64,000 nt of DNA from Candidatus Latescibacterota bacterium (GTDB lineage Bacteria; Latescibacterota; UBA2968; GCA-2709665), in assembly GCA_965219995.1 (NCBI GenBank), contig CBDCOX010000002.1, forward strand, positions 1,664,001 through 1,728,000, given 5' to 3'. Position numbers and translations under genes: made by a program. This document shows positions 1-9,621 of this stretch, one piece after another; within the stretch, counting starts at the first letter, position 1; every line of letters begins with the position of its first letter. Under the pieces are notes generated by a model. The model was not told the origin of the DNA, made no database searches, and worked only from the letters and a program-made list of their open reading frames with translations.

Positions 1-140
1 TATTCATGACGGACGAGACAACCCCATTGACCGGGTTCACCGGGGTTTTCAACGAGACTGTGTCAGGAAGGGAATGGAACACCAGTTCTAACTCTCTGGC
101 CGCAACGGAGTTCCATCAAACGGTCGGAGCAACCGCGTAA
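1..140 (+). CDS. Possible 3' end of a gene entering from the left edge
   Basis: Frame 3 is open from the edge (FMTDETTPLTGFTGVFNETVSG...VGATA) to TAA at 138-140 and is followed by a GC hairpin; no family recognised. Confidence 0.3.
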   Translation, partial: FMTDETTPLTGFTGVFNETVSGREWNTSSNSLAATEFHQTVGATA

Positions 141-141
141 G

Positions 142-168
142 CCGGCGCCGAAACGGTTACGGCGCCGG
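142..168. terminator. GC-rich inverted repeat, possible terminator between convergent genes
   Basis: CCGGCGCCG-9nt-CGGCGCCGG; no clear U-tract. Confidence 0.35.
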
Positions 169-218
169 AGAACATGGGCGGAACGGGCGCTGAACCTCGC
201 TCCCGGATGCGGGGAAAC

Positions 219-851
219 TCAGTCGCTTTCCTTTAGCAGCATCTTCAGGTCCGGGAGCAGTTTCTTCGCGAGGACCGGGTCGGTCCCGTCGTAATAGGCC
301 CGAACCCGCCCCTTTCTGTCCACCAGCGCAAAGCGCAGGCTGTGCATGATCTGGTCCGTGCCTTCTTCCACCCCTCCCACGGCCAGTTGAAAGCCTTCGC
401 GTATGACGGCGTACACCCGGGGTTTCTCACCCGTCAGAAACAGCCACCGATCCTCGTGGGCGAGATAACGGTCCGCGTACTCGGAAAGCACGGGGGGGGT
501 ATCCCGTTCCGGATCCACCGAAAAAGACACCAGCCGGGCGTCCTCGTATTTCCTCAGCGGCGCTTGTAACGCCTGCATATTGGCCGACAGCAGCGGGCAC
601 GGACCCGCGCAATGAGTGAAGATGAAATCCGCAACCCAGACCCGGCCAAGCAGATCCGATAGGCCCATTCCCCTGCCGCTGCGTTCCAGGAGTGAAAACT
701 CCGGGACGTGGCTCAGAACCGGCAGACGTTGCGAATGCGCCCGTATGGCCTTTACTTCACGCAGGAAAAGAAACGCGCCCACGGTCAGCATCAAAAGAGT
801 CGCTCCAGCCAGCACCAGCCAGAAAACACGAATCTGTCGGGGTACGCCCAT
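219..851 (-). CDS. SCO1/SenC family copper chaperone
   Basis: N-terminal TM helix, FIFTHCAGPCP (CxxxC), SVDPERDTP, conserved His in MHS; start trimmed to ATG 851. Confidence 0.92.
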   Translation of the reverse strand: MGVPRQIRVFWLVLAGATLLMLTVGAFLFLREVKAIRAHSQRLPVLSHVPEFSLLERSGRGMGLSDLLGRVWVADFIFTHCAGPCPLLSANMQALQAPLRKYEDARLVSFSVDPERDTPPVLSEYADRYLAHEDRWLFLTGEKPRVYAVIREGFQLAVGGVEEGTDQIMHSLRFALVDRKGRVRAYYDGTDPVLAKKLLPDLKMLLKESD

Positions 852-856
852 CGGTT

Positions 857-1666
857 TTATCGCGCTCCTTCCCGTCGTCTGATCACAGCCAGGGAAATGC
901 TCAACGTCAACAGGACAAACAGACACGTCACCAGAAGGCATGTTTCCGGCGACGGAACCCGTCCCGTCAGTTCTGGCGCGTCGAGATACAGCGCGTGCCG
1001 GACACCTGCGACGCCGTACGTCAACGGATTGATCCTCATCACCCACGCGAGCCATTCAGGCACGCCGGAAAGCGGAAACAATGCCCCGGAAAGCGCCCAC
1101 ATCGGCAACAGGAAGAGGTTCATAATGGCATGGAAACCGGCCGTGGACGCCATTCGCCACGCAATTGCGAAACCCAGGCCCGTCAGCGCCAGGCCCACCA
1201 GAAACAGAAATGCCACCGTTGCGACGAGAGAAACAGGGCTGACCGGAATGTCCAGCTGGAATACGAACAAAAGGAACACCGTCCCTTCCAGCACCGCCAG
1301 CGTCGTCCCCCCCAGCACCTTGCCGATGACCACACCGCTCCTGGAAACCGGAGCGACCAGCACGGATTGCATGAACCCCTCTCTCCGGTCCTCAACCACC
1401 GAAATTGTGGAGAAGATGGCCGTAAAGAGCAAGACCATCAACAGAGCGCCGGGATAGATGTATTCCAGGTAACTCATCGTGCCGGCCATTCCGGCGGGCG
1501 CGAATGACGCGCTCATTCCAATGCCCAGCAGCAGCCAGAACACAAATGGCTGCAGGATCGCGCCAAGCAGCCGGTGCCGGTCCCTGACGAATCGCACGAG
1601 TTCCCGCCGCCACAGCGTGGCAGCCGGCAGGAAAAACCCTTCACCGTGCCTCACCTCACCCGGCAT
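857..1666 (-). CDS. ABC-2 type transporter permease
   Basis: About 6 TM helices, EDRREGF..VLVAP, LSGALFP, NPLTY motifs. Confidence 0.9.
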   Translation of the reverse strand: MPGEVRHGEGFFLPAATLWRRELVRFVRDRHRLLGAILQPFVFWLLLGIGMSASFAPAGMAGTMSYLEYIYPGALLMVLLFTAIFSTISVVEDRREGFMQSVLVAPVSRSGVVIGKVLGGTTLAVLEGTVFLLFVFQLDIPVSPVSLVATVAFLFLVGLALTGLGFAIAWRMASTAGFHAIMNLFLLPMWALSGALFPLSGVPEWLAWVMRINPLTYGVAGVRHALYLDAPELTGRVPSPETCLLVTCLFVLLTLSISLAVIRRREGAR

Positions 1667-2597
1667 TGCCGCCCTCCATCGCCGCGAACGGACGCCCCGT
1701 CTCCCGGATGAACACGTCCTCCAGCGTGGGCCTTCCCAGTCTGATTGCGGAAATTCGTTCCCGGAAGCCGGCGTACAGTGACGCCATCATTGCCTGCCCG
1801 TCCTCGCACTCAATCCGCAACGTACCGTCGACAAGCACGGTGGAAACGCTCGCCTGGGCTTCGATCTCGGCTCTGAGCGCCTCCGTATCTTCGGCTTCGA
1901 TCACCAGCACGTCCTTGTTCATCGAACGCTTCAGCGCCTCCGGCGCGCCCTCCGCGACAAGCCGCCCCCGATCCAGAATGCCCACGCGGTCGCACCGCTC
2001 CGCTTCCTCGATGAAATGCGTGGTCAACAGCACGGTGACGCCCCGCTCCCCCCGTAGCCTCCGGAGATCGTCCCACATTGCCCGTCGCGCCAGCGGGTCC
2101 AATCCACTGGAGGGTTCGTCGAACAACAGCAACTCCGGTCGGTGCAACAGTCCCCTCGCCAGATCCACCCGCCTCCGAAGTCCGCCGGAAAGGTCCTCGG
2201 TCCGGTCGTCCCTGCGATCCGCCAGGCGGACCGTACGGAGCACCGATTCAATCCGCTCCTGGAGGCTTCGTCCTCGCAGGCCATAAAGATGTCCCTGGTG
2301 GCGCAGGTTCTCGAAGGCCGTCAGCTTGAGGTCCAGGCTGGCATGTTGAAACACGACCCCGATGCGCGCCCGTATTCCCGCCGCATCCTGCAGCGGATCG
2401 CGTCCCAATATTCGTACTGTCCCGCCGGTGGGTTCGAGAAGGGTGGTAAGGATGCGGAAGAGCGTCGTCTTCCCGCCGCCGTTCGGGCCGAGCATGCCAT
2501 AGACTTCCCCCTTCTCTATTCGAAGATCGATCCCGTCCAGCGCAATCCGATCACCGTAACGATGGCGCAACCCGGAAACGGTTATGGCAGCCGACAC
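1656..2597 (-). CDS. ABC transporter ATP-binding protein (DrrA-like)
   Basis: Walker A GPNGGGKTT, signature LSGG, Walker B LLLFDEP, TTH switch. Confidence 0.93.
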   Translation of the reverse strand: MSAAITVSGLRHRYGDRIALDGIDLRIEKGEVYGMLGPNGGGKTTLFRILTTLLEPTGGTVRILGRDPLQDAAGIRARIGVVFQHASLDLKLTAFENLRHQGHLYGLRGRSLQERIESVLRTVRLADRRDDRTEDLSGGLRRRVDLARGLLHRPELLLFDEPSSGLDPLARRAMWDDLRRLRGERGVTVLLTTHFIEEAERCDRVGILDRGRLVAEGAPEALKRSMNKDVLVIEAEDTEALRAEIEAQASVSTVLVDGTLRIECEDGQAMMASLYAGFRERISAIRLGRPTLEDVFIRETGRPFAAMEGGNAG

Positions 2598-2694
2598 TGA
2601 GACTCCTTACCGGAAATCGTTAACTTCCGAAAAGAGAAAGGTGATAGGCTACCCCTATCACCCGGAACGACGTGGCTTGTATAGCCCCATCACA

Positions 2695-3600
2695 TTACAG
2701 GAACGTATCGAACAGCAGGGCGATCCAGAGCAGAGGCAGATAAACAAGCGTCGTGCGCAGCAGCCGTCTCGCGTTCTGCTCAGACCGGGTACCGGCAAAC
2801 ATAATTACGGCATACAGGAGACAGAGTCCCGCGGCCGCTGCCGCGGCGGCATAAACCGCACCACAAAGACCCGCAAGGTACGGAAGCACGGAACAGGCCA
2901 GCAGGACCGCGCTGTAGACGGCGATCTGACCGGCCGTTCGCCGGCCGGCCGGATCGCCCGCGGAAATCATCTTGAATCCGCCGCGCACGTAGTCCTCCCT
3001 GTAGATCCAGGCGATGGAGAAAAAGTGCGGGAACTGCCAGAAAAACACGATACCGAACAGCATCCACGCGCCGCTGCCGATCTCTCCCTGCGCCGCGGCC
3101 CAGCCGCCCATAGGCGGCAACGCCCCCGCGACGGCGCCAACGGCGGTGTTGTGCGTGGACACCCGCTTGAGCGGCGTATACGCGAAAAGATAGATAACCG
3201 AGGTCAACGCGGCCAGAAAGCCGGCAAGCCAGTTGATCTGCAGCCCCATATAGAGGACGCCGGTTCCGGACAGCAGAAGACCGAACAGATAGGCTTCTTC
3301 CGGATAAAGGCGGCCGGCAGGCAGGGGCCTGCTCGCCGTACGCTCCATACGGGAATCCAACTTCCGTTCCAGGAACTGGTTCAGCACCGCCGATCCGCTT
3401 GCGATCAGGACCGTCGCCAACAGTGTATGCAGAAGCCGGGAAACCTCGAAAACACCGGCCGCACCCATAACGAACCCAACCGTTGTGCTCAAGACGACGA
3501 AAACGGTGATTTTGGGCTTGGTAAGGGTCAGATAATCCATCAGACGCGCCCACGACAGAGCCGGACTCGCCGCCCCGGTTTCAACCTGCGGTTTCATCAA
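2695..3600 (-). CDS. ctaB: Heme o synthase (protoheme IX farnesyltransferase)
   Basis: LTKPKI, N..LERKLDSRMERTASRPLP, YTPLKR, WQFPHF motifs. Confidence 0.95.
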   Translation of the reverse strand: MMKPQVETGAASPALSWARLMDYLTLTKPKITVFVVLSTTVGFVMGAAGVFEVSRLLHTLLATVLIASGSAVLNQFLERKLDSRMERTASRPLPAGRLYPEEAYLFGLLLSGTGVLYMGLQINWLAGFLAALTSVIYLFAYTPLKRVSTHNTAVGAVAGALPPMGGWAAAQGEIGSGAWMLFGIVFFWQFPHFFSIAWIYREDYVRGGFKMISAGDPAGRRTAGQIAVYSAVLLACSVLPYLAGLCGAVYAAAAAAAGLCLLYAVIMFAGTRSEQNARRLLRTTLVYLPLLWIALLFDTFL

Positions 3601-4611
3601 TCAAGGACCTCCAGCACCTCTGCGGTCAGCATGTAATGATGCGATCCCGGAATTACGCGCGGCATCCATCCGCAAAACGCGAAGCGTCAGCACCAGGCTG
3701 GTTCCCAGCACCGCGGCGCCCACGACCACGTGCAACGTCGTGATTGCGACCGCCTTGCCGGTCCAGATCACCAGGGCGCCCAGCGCGAGTTGAACAAGAA
3801 GCAGCGCCAGCAACCCCACGGAGGGCTTCGTCAGTTCGGATCGGGTCCCGTGGGCGCGCAGGACACGGTACGCGGTCCAGACCAGAACAACGGACACGAC
3901 GACTGCCCACGCCCGATGGGCAAAGTGAACGGCAACCCGGGTCCGGAACGTGTCGATCGAGATTGGAAACGGGTCCGTTGCATCGACAGTCAATTCCGAG
4001 AAGGGTGGAATCACGCGTCCGAAGGAAAGCGGAAAATCGGGAATGGCCAGGCCGGATTCGGTATGCCGCATCAGCGCGCCGAGGATCAACTGAATGAAAA
4101 CCACCACCGTGCCGGCCGCGGCCAGCCATTTCAACGGCACCCCGCCCGTCTCCGGCAATGGCTCTGCGGCCCCCTGCCAACCCGCAGACGTGAACAGCGC
4201 GATGCCCACCGTCAGACAGAAGAAGGCCTGCGCCAGGCAGGCGTGGCTTACCGAGATCCACGTGGGCAGGAGATAGAGCACCGTCAGGCCGCCCAGCATC
4301 CCCTGCAGGACAATCGCGGCCAGGGCCGCCGCACCCAGATTCCGCAACCAGCGCCGTTCTTCCCGGCGCCACAGCCAGATGGCGAGAACCGTGGTCAGCA
4401 CCCCCACGAACGCCGCCACCATCCGATGGCCGTGTTCGTAGAATATTCCGCCGACCATGGGCGGAAATACCATACCGTAGGATAGCGGCCAGTCCGGAAC
4501 CGCCAGTCCCGAACCCGTGCTGCTGACCATCGCGCCGGCGAAAATTAAAAAAAGGGTCGCGCCGGCCGTGAACACGGAAAAACGGTGCAACCAGCGATAC
4601 CCCTGAGACAT
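3601..4611 (-). CDS. ctaA: Heme a synthase (COX15/CtaA family)
   Basis: SGLAVPDWP, EHGHR, VHFAHR, 8-TM duplicated topology; start trimmed to ATG 4611. Confidence 0.9.
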   Translation of the reverse strand: MSQGYRWLHRFSVFTAGATLFLIFAGAMVSSTGSGLAVPDWPLSYGMVFPPMVGGIFYEHGHRMVAAFVGVLTTVLAIWLWRREERRWLRNLGAAALAAIVLQGMLGGLTVLYLLPTWISVSHACLAQAFFCLTVGIALFTSAGWQGAAEPLPETGGVPLKWLAAAGTVVVFIQLILGALMRHTESGLAIPDFPLSFGRVIPPFSELTVDATDPFPISIDTFRTRVAVHFAHRAWAVVVSVVLVWTAYRVLRAHGTRSELTKPSVGLLALLLVQLALGALVIWTGKAVAITTLHVVVGAAVLGTSLVLTLRVLRMDAARNSGIASLHADRRGAGGP

Positions 4612-4659
4612 TGCGATATCCACTTCCGTCCGGCCTGCCCGCCAACCCTGCACGGACTG

Positions 4660-4944
4660 CTATTCCGCGTCGGCGGCAAGCCATTTGCCGTTCATGCCGA
4701 GAATCCCCGGTTGTTGTTTTGAATGACGTCGCGCGCGGCGCATCCAGAAGATCGCCACACCTGCAATACCCACCAGCACGGACACGACAATACCCATGAG
4801 CACCAGAACCCCGGCCGCCGCGCCCTTTGCCATATCCGATTCCGGATTCCCGTAACACACGGCGCAAGCCTGAAGGGTCCCGGGAATCAACAGCGTCCCG
4901 GTCACGGCCGCTGCAAACCAATCACGCCTCACAGATAACTCCAT
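4660..4944 (-). CDS. Small membrane protein with signal peptide and CxxC motif
   Basis: Signal-like N-terminus, ACAVCYG, one TM helix, basic tail; inside the oxidase operon. Confidence 0.7.
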   Translation of the reverse strand: MELSVRRDWFAAAVTGTLLIPGTLQACAVCYGNPESDMAKGAAAGVLVLMGIVVSVLVGIAGVAIFWMRRARRHSKQQPGILGMNGKWLAADAE

Positions 4945-5135
4945 CCCTTGAGCTTCTTCAGAAACCAGAGGCCGTACCAGACCAGGACGACGCACCCCGC
5001 AAATGAACCGACGCCAAGCACGAGATTCGTCCCGTTGCCGGTTGCGGCGTAATCCTGAATCGCCCAGATTCCGAAACCCAGGCAGCAGAGTATGGACACA
5101 ATGACAAAGACCACGTGGAATGCCTTGAGAGACAT
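4929..5135 (-). CDS. Small two-TM membrane protein of the oxidase operon
   Basis: 68 aa MSLKAFHVVF..., two hydrophobic helices, GGAGA RBS, operon position. Confidence 0.75.
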   Translation of the reverse strand: MSLKAFHVVFVIVSILCCLGFGIWAIQDYAATGNGTNLVLGVGSFAGCVVLVWYGLWFLKKLKGWSYL

Positions 5136-5148
5136 CGCGTTCTCCGGT

Positions 5149-5466
5149 TCAAACCTCGCCCGTCATGTCACCCACGCCCGAGAATTCCGTAACGGACGGA
5201 AGCAGCATCAGGGCGGCAAAAAAGACGACCGTCAGTGCCAGTACCCAGAAGACAATCTGTTTTTCGGACACCAGATGCATGAAATATCCGGCAACCAGCC
5301 CGCCTTTGATACTCGCGATGAACAGCGCGATCAGGACCGTTGCCGCCACCGACTCGATCTTGAGGTAGGAGACGCCAACCGTCACGACCGTGAGTACAGC
5401 CAACGCGGCAAACACCAGAATGTAGACCCGAACATGCTTCCTGATCTCTTCGGCACTCTCAGCCAT
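5149..5466 (-). CDS. ctaF: Cytochrome c oxidase subunit IV
   Basis: 3 TM, LAVLT..TV, IKGGLVAGYFMHL motif. Confidence 0.9.
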   Translation of the reverse strand: MAESAEEIRKHVRVYILVFAALAVLTVVTVGVSYLKIESVAATVLIALFIASIKGGLVAGYFMHLVSEKQIVFWVLALTVVFFAALMLLPSVTEFSGVGDMTGEV

Positions 5467-5488
5467 ACGATGCTCCTTGCAACGTTCC

Positions 5489-6088
5489 TTACAACAGATA
5501 AAGAATCGGGAACAGGAAGATCCATACCAGATCCACGAAGTGCCAGTAGAGACCGGCGCACTCGATCCGGTTGGCGAACTGCTCGGGCGCCGTATGCCAG
5601 AGCTTGCTTCCCGGGAACAGCAGGTAGAGATTCACGATAATGCCGCCCACCACGTGAAGCCCGTGCAGGCCGGTCATCGTAAAGTAGGTGGCGTAGAACG
5701 TGCTGGTGGACGGAAAGATGCCAAGATGGAATTTGTGGGTGTATTCGAAATACTTGATCACCAGAAACACGAAGGCCAGCAGTACCGTCAGCCCCAGATA
5801 GAGTTTGAACCTGCCGAAGTTGTCCATTTTCAGGGATGCCCAGGACATCACCATGGTCACACTGGACGCGATGAGCACGAACGTATTCAGCGTGGCCAGC
5901 GGTACATTCAGCAACTCCGAACCCTGAGGCCAGCTGGGCGCGCCCACCCTGAGCAGGACCAGCGTTGAAAACAGCGCGCCGAAAAGCATCACCTCGGACG
6001 CCAGGAACAGCCAGATCCCGAACTTTCCGTTATACACCCCCGTAATCGGATGCGGCTCCACCGTGTGGGGAATTTCTTCAACAGACAC
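5489..6088 (-). CDS. ctaE: Cytochrome c oxidase subunit III
   Basis: WLFLASEVMLF, TGLHGLHV, YWHFVDLVWIFLF. Confidence 0.95.
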   Translation of the reverse strand: MSVEEIPHTVEPHPITGVYNGKFGIWLFLASEVMLFGALFSTLVLLRVGAPSWPQGSELLNVPLATLNTFVLIASSVTMVMSWASLKMDNFGRFKLYLGLTVLLAFVFLVIKYFEYTHKFHLGIFPSTSTFYATYFTMTGLHGLHVVGGIIVNLYLLFPGSKLWHTAPEQFANRIECAGLYWHFVDLVWIFLFPILYLL

Positions 6089-6131
6089 CGTTTGTCTCCT
6101 TTACGTTTGTAGCGGACAGACCGGTCTAATT

Positions 6132-7928
6132 CTAGTCGTCGTCCGCGGGCGTGGGCGCCGGTTCGGGTTCGGGTTGAGCCACCTGCCCGTTTTCAGACGC
6201 ATGCTGCGGTATGAAGTCACTGGATGCGCCGGGAACACTGTATTCGTACGGCCCCCGGTAGACCCTGGGTGTAACCGCGAAATTCCCGTGCGGCGGGGGC
6301 GTGGGCGTGGCCCACTCCAGGGTGGTGGCCTGCCACGGATTGTCCGACTCGACCTTTTTCCCCTTCCTCATGCTCCAAAAGAAATTGACGATGAAGAAGA
6401 TCTGCGCCAGTCCCAGCAGCCATGCAGACCAGGAACTCATGGCAGTCAGGCCCTGCACCTGCGCCCCGTAGGCGTACTGCGTCTGGTCGTAAAGCCGCCG
6501 TGATACCCCGGCCATCCCCACGAACAACATCGGCATGAACACACCGTTCATAAAGATCAGGCTGGTCCAGAAATGCAGTTTGCCCAGCGCATCGTTCATC
6601 ATGCGGCCCGTTGCCTTTGGGAACCAGTAATAGATCCCGGCAAACAGCGCGAATATCGTACCCGGCGCCACCACATAGTGGAAATGACCGATCACGTAAT
6701 AGGTATCGTGCAGGTGCAGGTCCGAGGCGGTGAGGCCCAGCGGCAGCCCCGTCAACCCTCCAATGGCGAACATGGGAATGAACGCCAGGCAGAACAGCAT
6801 GGGTACCGAAAACCGGATGGACCCGCCGTGCAGGCTCAATGCGAACGCCGTCAGGATGATCACCGAAGGAATGGAGATGATCATGGTCGTGGCCTGGAAG
6901 AAGGTGCTGATGGTCGTTCCCATCCCCGTCATGAACATGTGATGCGCCCAGACGATAAACGACATGAATCCGAGAAAGACGATCGAGTAGACCAGCGTGC
7001 GATACCCCCACAGCGGCCGGCGCGTGTTGTTCGCCACGATCTCGCCCACGATGCCCATTGCCGGAAGAATCAGCACATAGACTTCCGGATGCGCGAGAAA
7101 CCAGAACAGGTGCTGCCACAACAGCGGGCTGCCGCCGCCGCTCACGTCCAGCGCCTGTCCGGTGACGACGAGGCCGCTGGGCATGAAGAAGCTGGTCCCC
7201 GCGATCCGGTCCATGAGTTGCATGACCCCGGCGGCCTCGAGCGGCGGGAACGCCAGCAACAGCAGAAACGCAGTGACAAACTGCGCCCAAACGAAGAACG
7301 GCAGCCGGAAAAAGGAAAGCCCTTCGGCCCTCATCTGTACTGTTGTGACGATGAAATTCACCGAGCCCAGCAGAGACGAGGTGATGAGGGCAACCATCCC
7401 CCAAAGCCACCAGGTCTGCCCCGTGGGCGCGATAACGGCAAGCGGCGGATAGGACGTCCAGCCGGACTGGGCCGCACCCTCGGGAACGAAAAAGCTGGCC
7501 AGCATAATGACGCCACCCACGAAAAACACCCAGTAACTCGCCATGTTGAGCTTCGGAAACGCCATATCCGGCGCGCCGATCTGGAGCGGCAGCACGTAGT
7601 TTCCAAAACCGCCGACAGCCAGCGGAACCACGCCCAGAAAGACCATGATTGTCCCATGCATGGCCCCGAGCTGGTTGTAAAACTCGGGAACCATGATGCC
7701 TTCCGGCATATTCACCTCGCCGAACAAGGTCCCGATCCAGGGCATCGGCTGCCCGGGATAGGCAAGTTGCCACCGCATCATCATCATCAGGCAGAAGCCG
7801 AATAGCAGGAAGAACAGCGCGGTTACCGCGTACTGGATCCCGATGACCTTGTGGTCGGTGGAAAACACGTACTTTTGCCAGAAAGGCAACTCATGGTGTC
7901 CATGATCGCCGTGTGCATGCTCAGCCAT
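6132..7928 (-). CDS. ctaD: Cytochrome c oxidase subunit I, A1 type
   Basis: TDHK, MHGTIM, GWTSYPPL, HPEVY, WAHHMF, HDTYYVIGHFHY. Confidence 0.97.
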   Translation of the reverse strand: MAEHAHGDHGHHELPFWQKYVFSTDHKVIGIQYAVTALFFLLFGFCLMMMMRWQLAYPGQPMPWIGTLFGEVNMPEGIMVPEFYNQLGAMHGTIMVFLGVVPLAVGGFGNYVLPLQIGAPDMAFPKLNMASYWVFFVGGVIMLASFFVPEGAAQSGWTSYPPLAVIAPTGQTWWLWGMVALITSSLLGSVNFIVTTVQMRAEGLSFFRLPFFVWAQFVTAFLLLLAFPPLEAAGVMQLMDRIAGTSFFMPSGLVVTGQALDVSGGGSPLLWQHLFWFLAHPEVYVLILPAMGIVGEIVANNTRRPLWGYRTLVYSIVFLGFMSFIVWAHHMFMTGMGTTISTFFQATTMIISIPSVIILTAFALSLHGGSIRFSVPMLFCLAFIPMFAIGGLTGLPLGLTASDLHLHDTYYVIGHFHYVVAPGTIFALFAGIYYWFPKATGRMMNDALGKLHFWTSLIFMNGVFMPMLFVGMAGVSRRLYDQTQYAYGAQVQGLTAMSSWSAWLLGLAQIFFIVNFFWSMRKGKKVESDNPWQATTLEWATPTPPPHGNFAVTPRVYRGPYEYSVPGASSDFIPQHASENGQVAQPEPEPAPTPADDD

Positions 7929-7940
7929 TGAAAAGGCTCC

Positions 7941-8711
7941 TTAAAACGAAAATTCGTCTTCTTCGTCTGCGGCCGCGGACTGCTCATCGAACCAGGCCTG
8001 GAACGCCGCTTTCGACTCGACCGTCAACTGTCCGCGCATGCGATAGTGGCCCAATCCGCACAGCTGCGCACAGGCGATGTCGAAGGTGCCGTTCTTTGTG
8101 GCCTCGAACCAGATCCTGATATCCTGGCCGGGAATCGCGTCCTGCGTCAGCCGCAGTACCGGTATCTTGAAGCTGTGAATAACATCCTTCGACGAGATGT
8201 GCGCAATGACGGGCTTGTCTTTCACAATATGCAGGTTGTTGATCGCATTGAAATCGTCGTTGCCGACCGGGTCGTCGGGATCCAGCCCGAGGAGATTGTC
8301 AGCGCTGACGAACTCGGGCGCCGTCCGTCCGAACTTTCCGTCTTTGCCCGAGTAGTGGATATTCCAGGCAAACTGCTCGGGTATCACCCGGACGACAAGC
8401 GCGTCGGACTCATCGGGAAACGCGTGCTTGAAGTCGGCCCAGAGCGGCATGGACAGCCCGACGAGCAGCACCGCCTCGACGACGATCACACCGTACTCCA
8501 CGTACTTGGCGATCTTTCCCTTGATGGGATCGTAGGTCGCGTCCGGGTTCGCCCTTCTCCGATAGCGGACGAGACAATAGACAAAGAAGACGCCCCAGCC
8601 CAGAAACAGCGCCACCATGAAGACATGCAGCCAATTGATCAGCCAATCCACGGTTGCGCCGTGGGTGGAGATGTCAATTGGCAGCCAGTAGCCGTACACC
8701 TTTTCCTGCAT
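7941..8711 (-). CDS. ctaC: Cytochrome c oxidase subunit II (CuA, no fused heme c)
   Basis: 2 TM, DVIHSF, CAQLCGLGHYRM CuA motif. Confidence 0.95.
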   Translation of the reverse strand: MQEKVYGYWLPIDISTHGATVDWLINWLHVFMVALFLGWGVFFVYCLVRYRRRANPDATYDPIKGKIAKYVEYGVIVVEAVLLVGLSMPLWADFKHAFPDESDALVVRVIPEQFAWNIHYSGKDGKFGRTAPEFVSADNLLGLDPDDPVGNDDFNAINNLHIVKDKPVIAHISSKDVIHSFKIPVLRLTQDAIPGQDIRIWFEATKNGTFDIACAQLCGLGHYRMRGQLTVESKAAFQAWFDEQSAAADEEDEFSF

Positions 8712-8783
8712 TCGGGACCCCTCCCGTGTTATCGCGGTGCGGGCGCGCGCCCGCGCACCCTGCGCCAGCCCATCGAAATACGT

Positions 8784-9524
8784 CTATTTTTTCGGCTTTA
8801 TCTTGAACAGGAAGTCCAGGGTCCTGGACTCGCCGTCGGCAACGGTTAACTCCTCCGTCATCGTGCCCAGCCGCTTGCTTTCGTGCCATGCCTCGATCGT
8901 GTACGTGCCCGCCGGCAGCCCGGCGATCTCGAATTTCCCTCCCTCGCCGCTGACGGAGAAAAACGGGTGTTCCATCACGCCGATATACGACTGCATCCAG
9001 GGGTGCACGTCGCATTTGACAGGTACCATTACCTCCGGATTCGCGAACGAAATCGTGATCTTCTTCATGAACTTCGGCATGGCCTTGTTGATTTCGTCCG
9101 AGTTCTGCGGCTTCGGGTGGATGTTGTGCAGCGTGCCGTCGCTGTTGAGTACCGTGATCGGTTGCCCCGCCCTGACGCCCATCACGTGGGGCACGTAAAT
9201 GCAGCCCTGCTGGTCCAGAACCGCAGGCTCGGCAGGCACTTCGAATTTCTCGCCCTCGAGGCCTTTTTTTACGTAGACAAATACGTTGTGCAGACTGCCG
9301 TCGTCCTCAACCACCACGACTTCGCTCAGTGCCGGACCGGCGGTGTGCTTTCCCGCGCAGACCGGGTCGGCCGCCATCTGGATTTTCTTGCGGCCCGGTT
9401 TCTTGCCCCCCGGGAATTCCAGTTTGATGGTTCCGGAAACCGTTGCTCCCGCCATCGCGTCACCGGACGCAAACCATGCGAAACTCACCGCGATGATCAC
9501 TGCGATAGACCCACGTCGTATCAT
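8784..9524 (-). CDS. Secreted cupredoxin-like / carboxypeptidase-regulatory-like domain protein
   Basis: Signal peptide, NSDGTLHNIH and CDVHPWM type-1-copper-like ligands, C-terminal GLPAGTYTIEAWHE beta sandwich. Confidence 0.8.
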   Translation of the reverse strand: MIRRGSIAVIIAVSFAWFASGDAMAGATVSGTIKLEFPGGKKPGRKKIQMAADPVCAGKHTAGPALSEVVVVEDDGSLHNVFVYVKKGLEGEKFEVPAEPAVLDQQGCIYVPHVMGVRAGQPITVLNSDGTLHNIHPKPQNSDEINKAMPKFMKKITISFANPEVMVPVKCDVHPWMQSYIGVMEHPFFSVSGEGGKFEIAGLPAGTYTIEAWHESKRLGTMTEELTVADGESRTLDFLFKIKPKK

Positions 9525-9621
9525 TCCTCTGTCCCCTCTCTTCCGTGTACGGTTGACAGCCCGCCAGCCGGCTGATTCTTCCTTTATTGTTTGAATCGTA
9601 AGGACTCCCTGAATGTTCCAA

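Noticed and set aside
198-222. CCGGATGCGGGGAAACTC resembles the 5' half of group II intron domain V
   Set aside because: The complementary 3' half is missing (it runs into the SCO stop codon) and there is no RT or other intron domain
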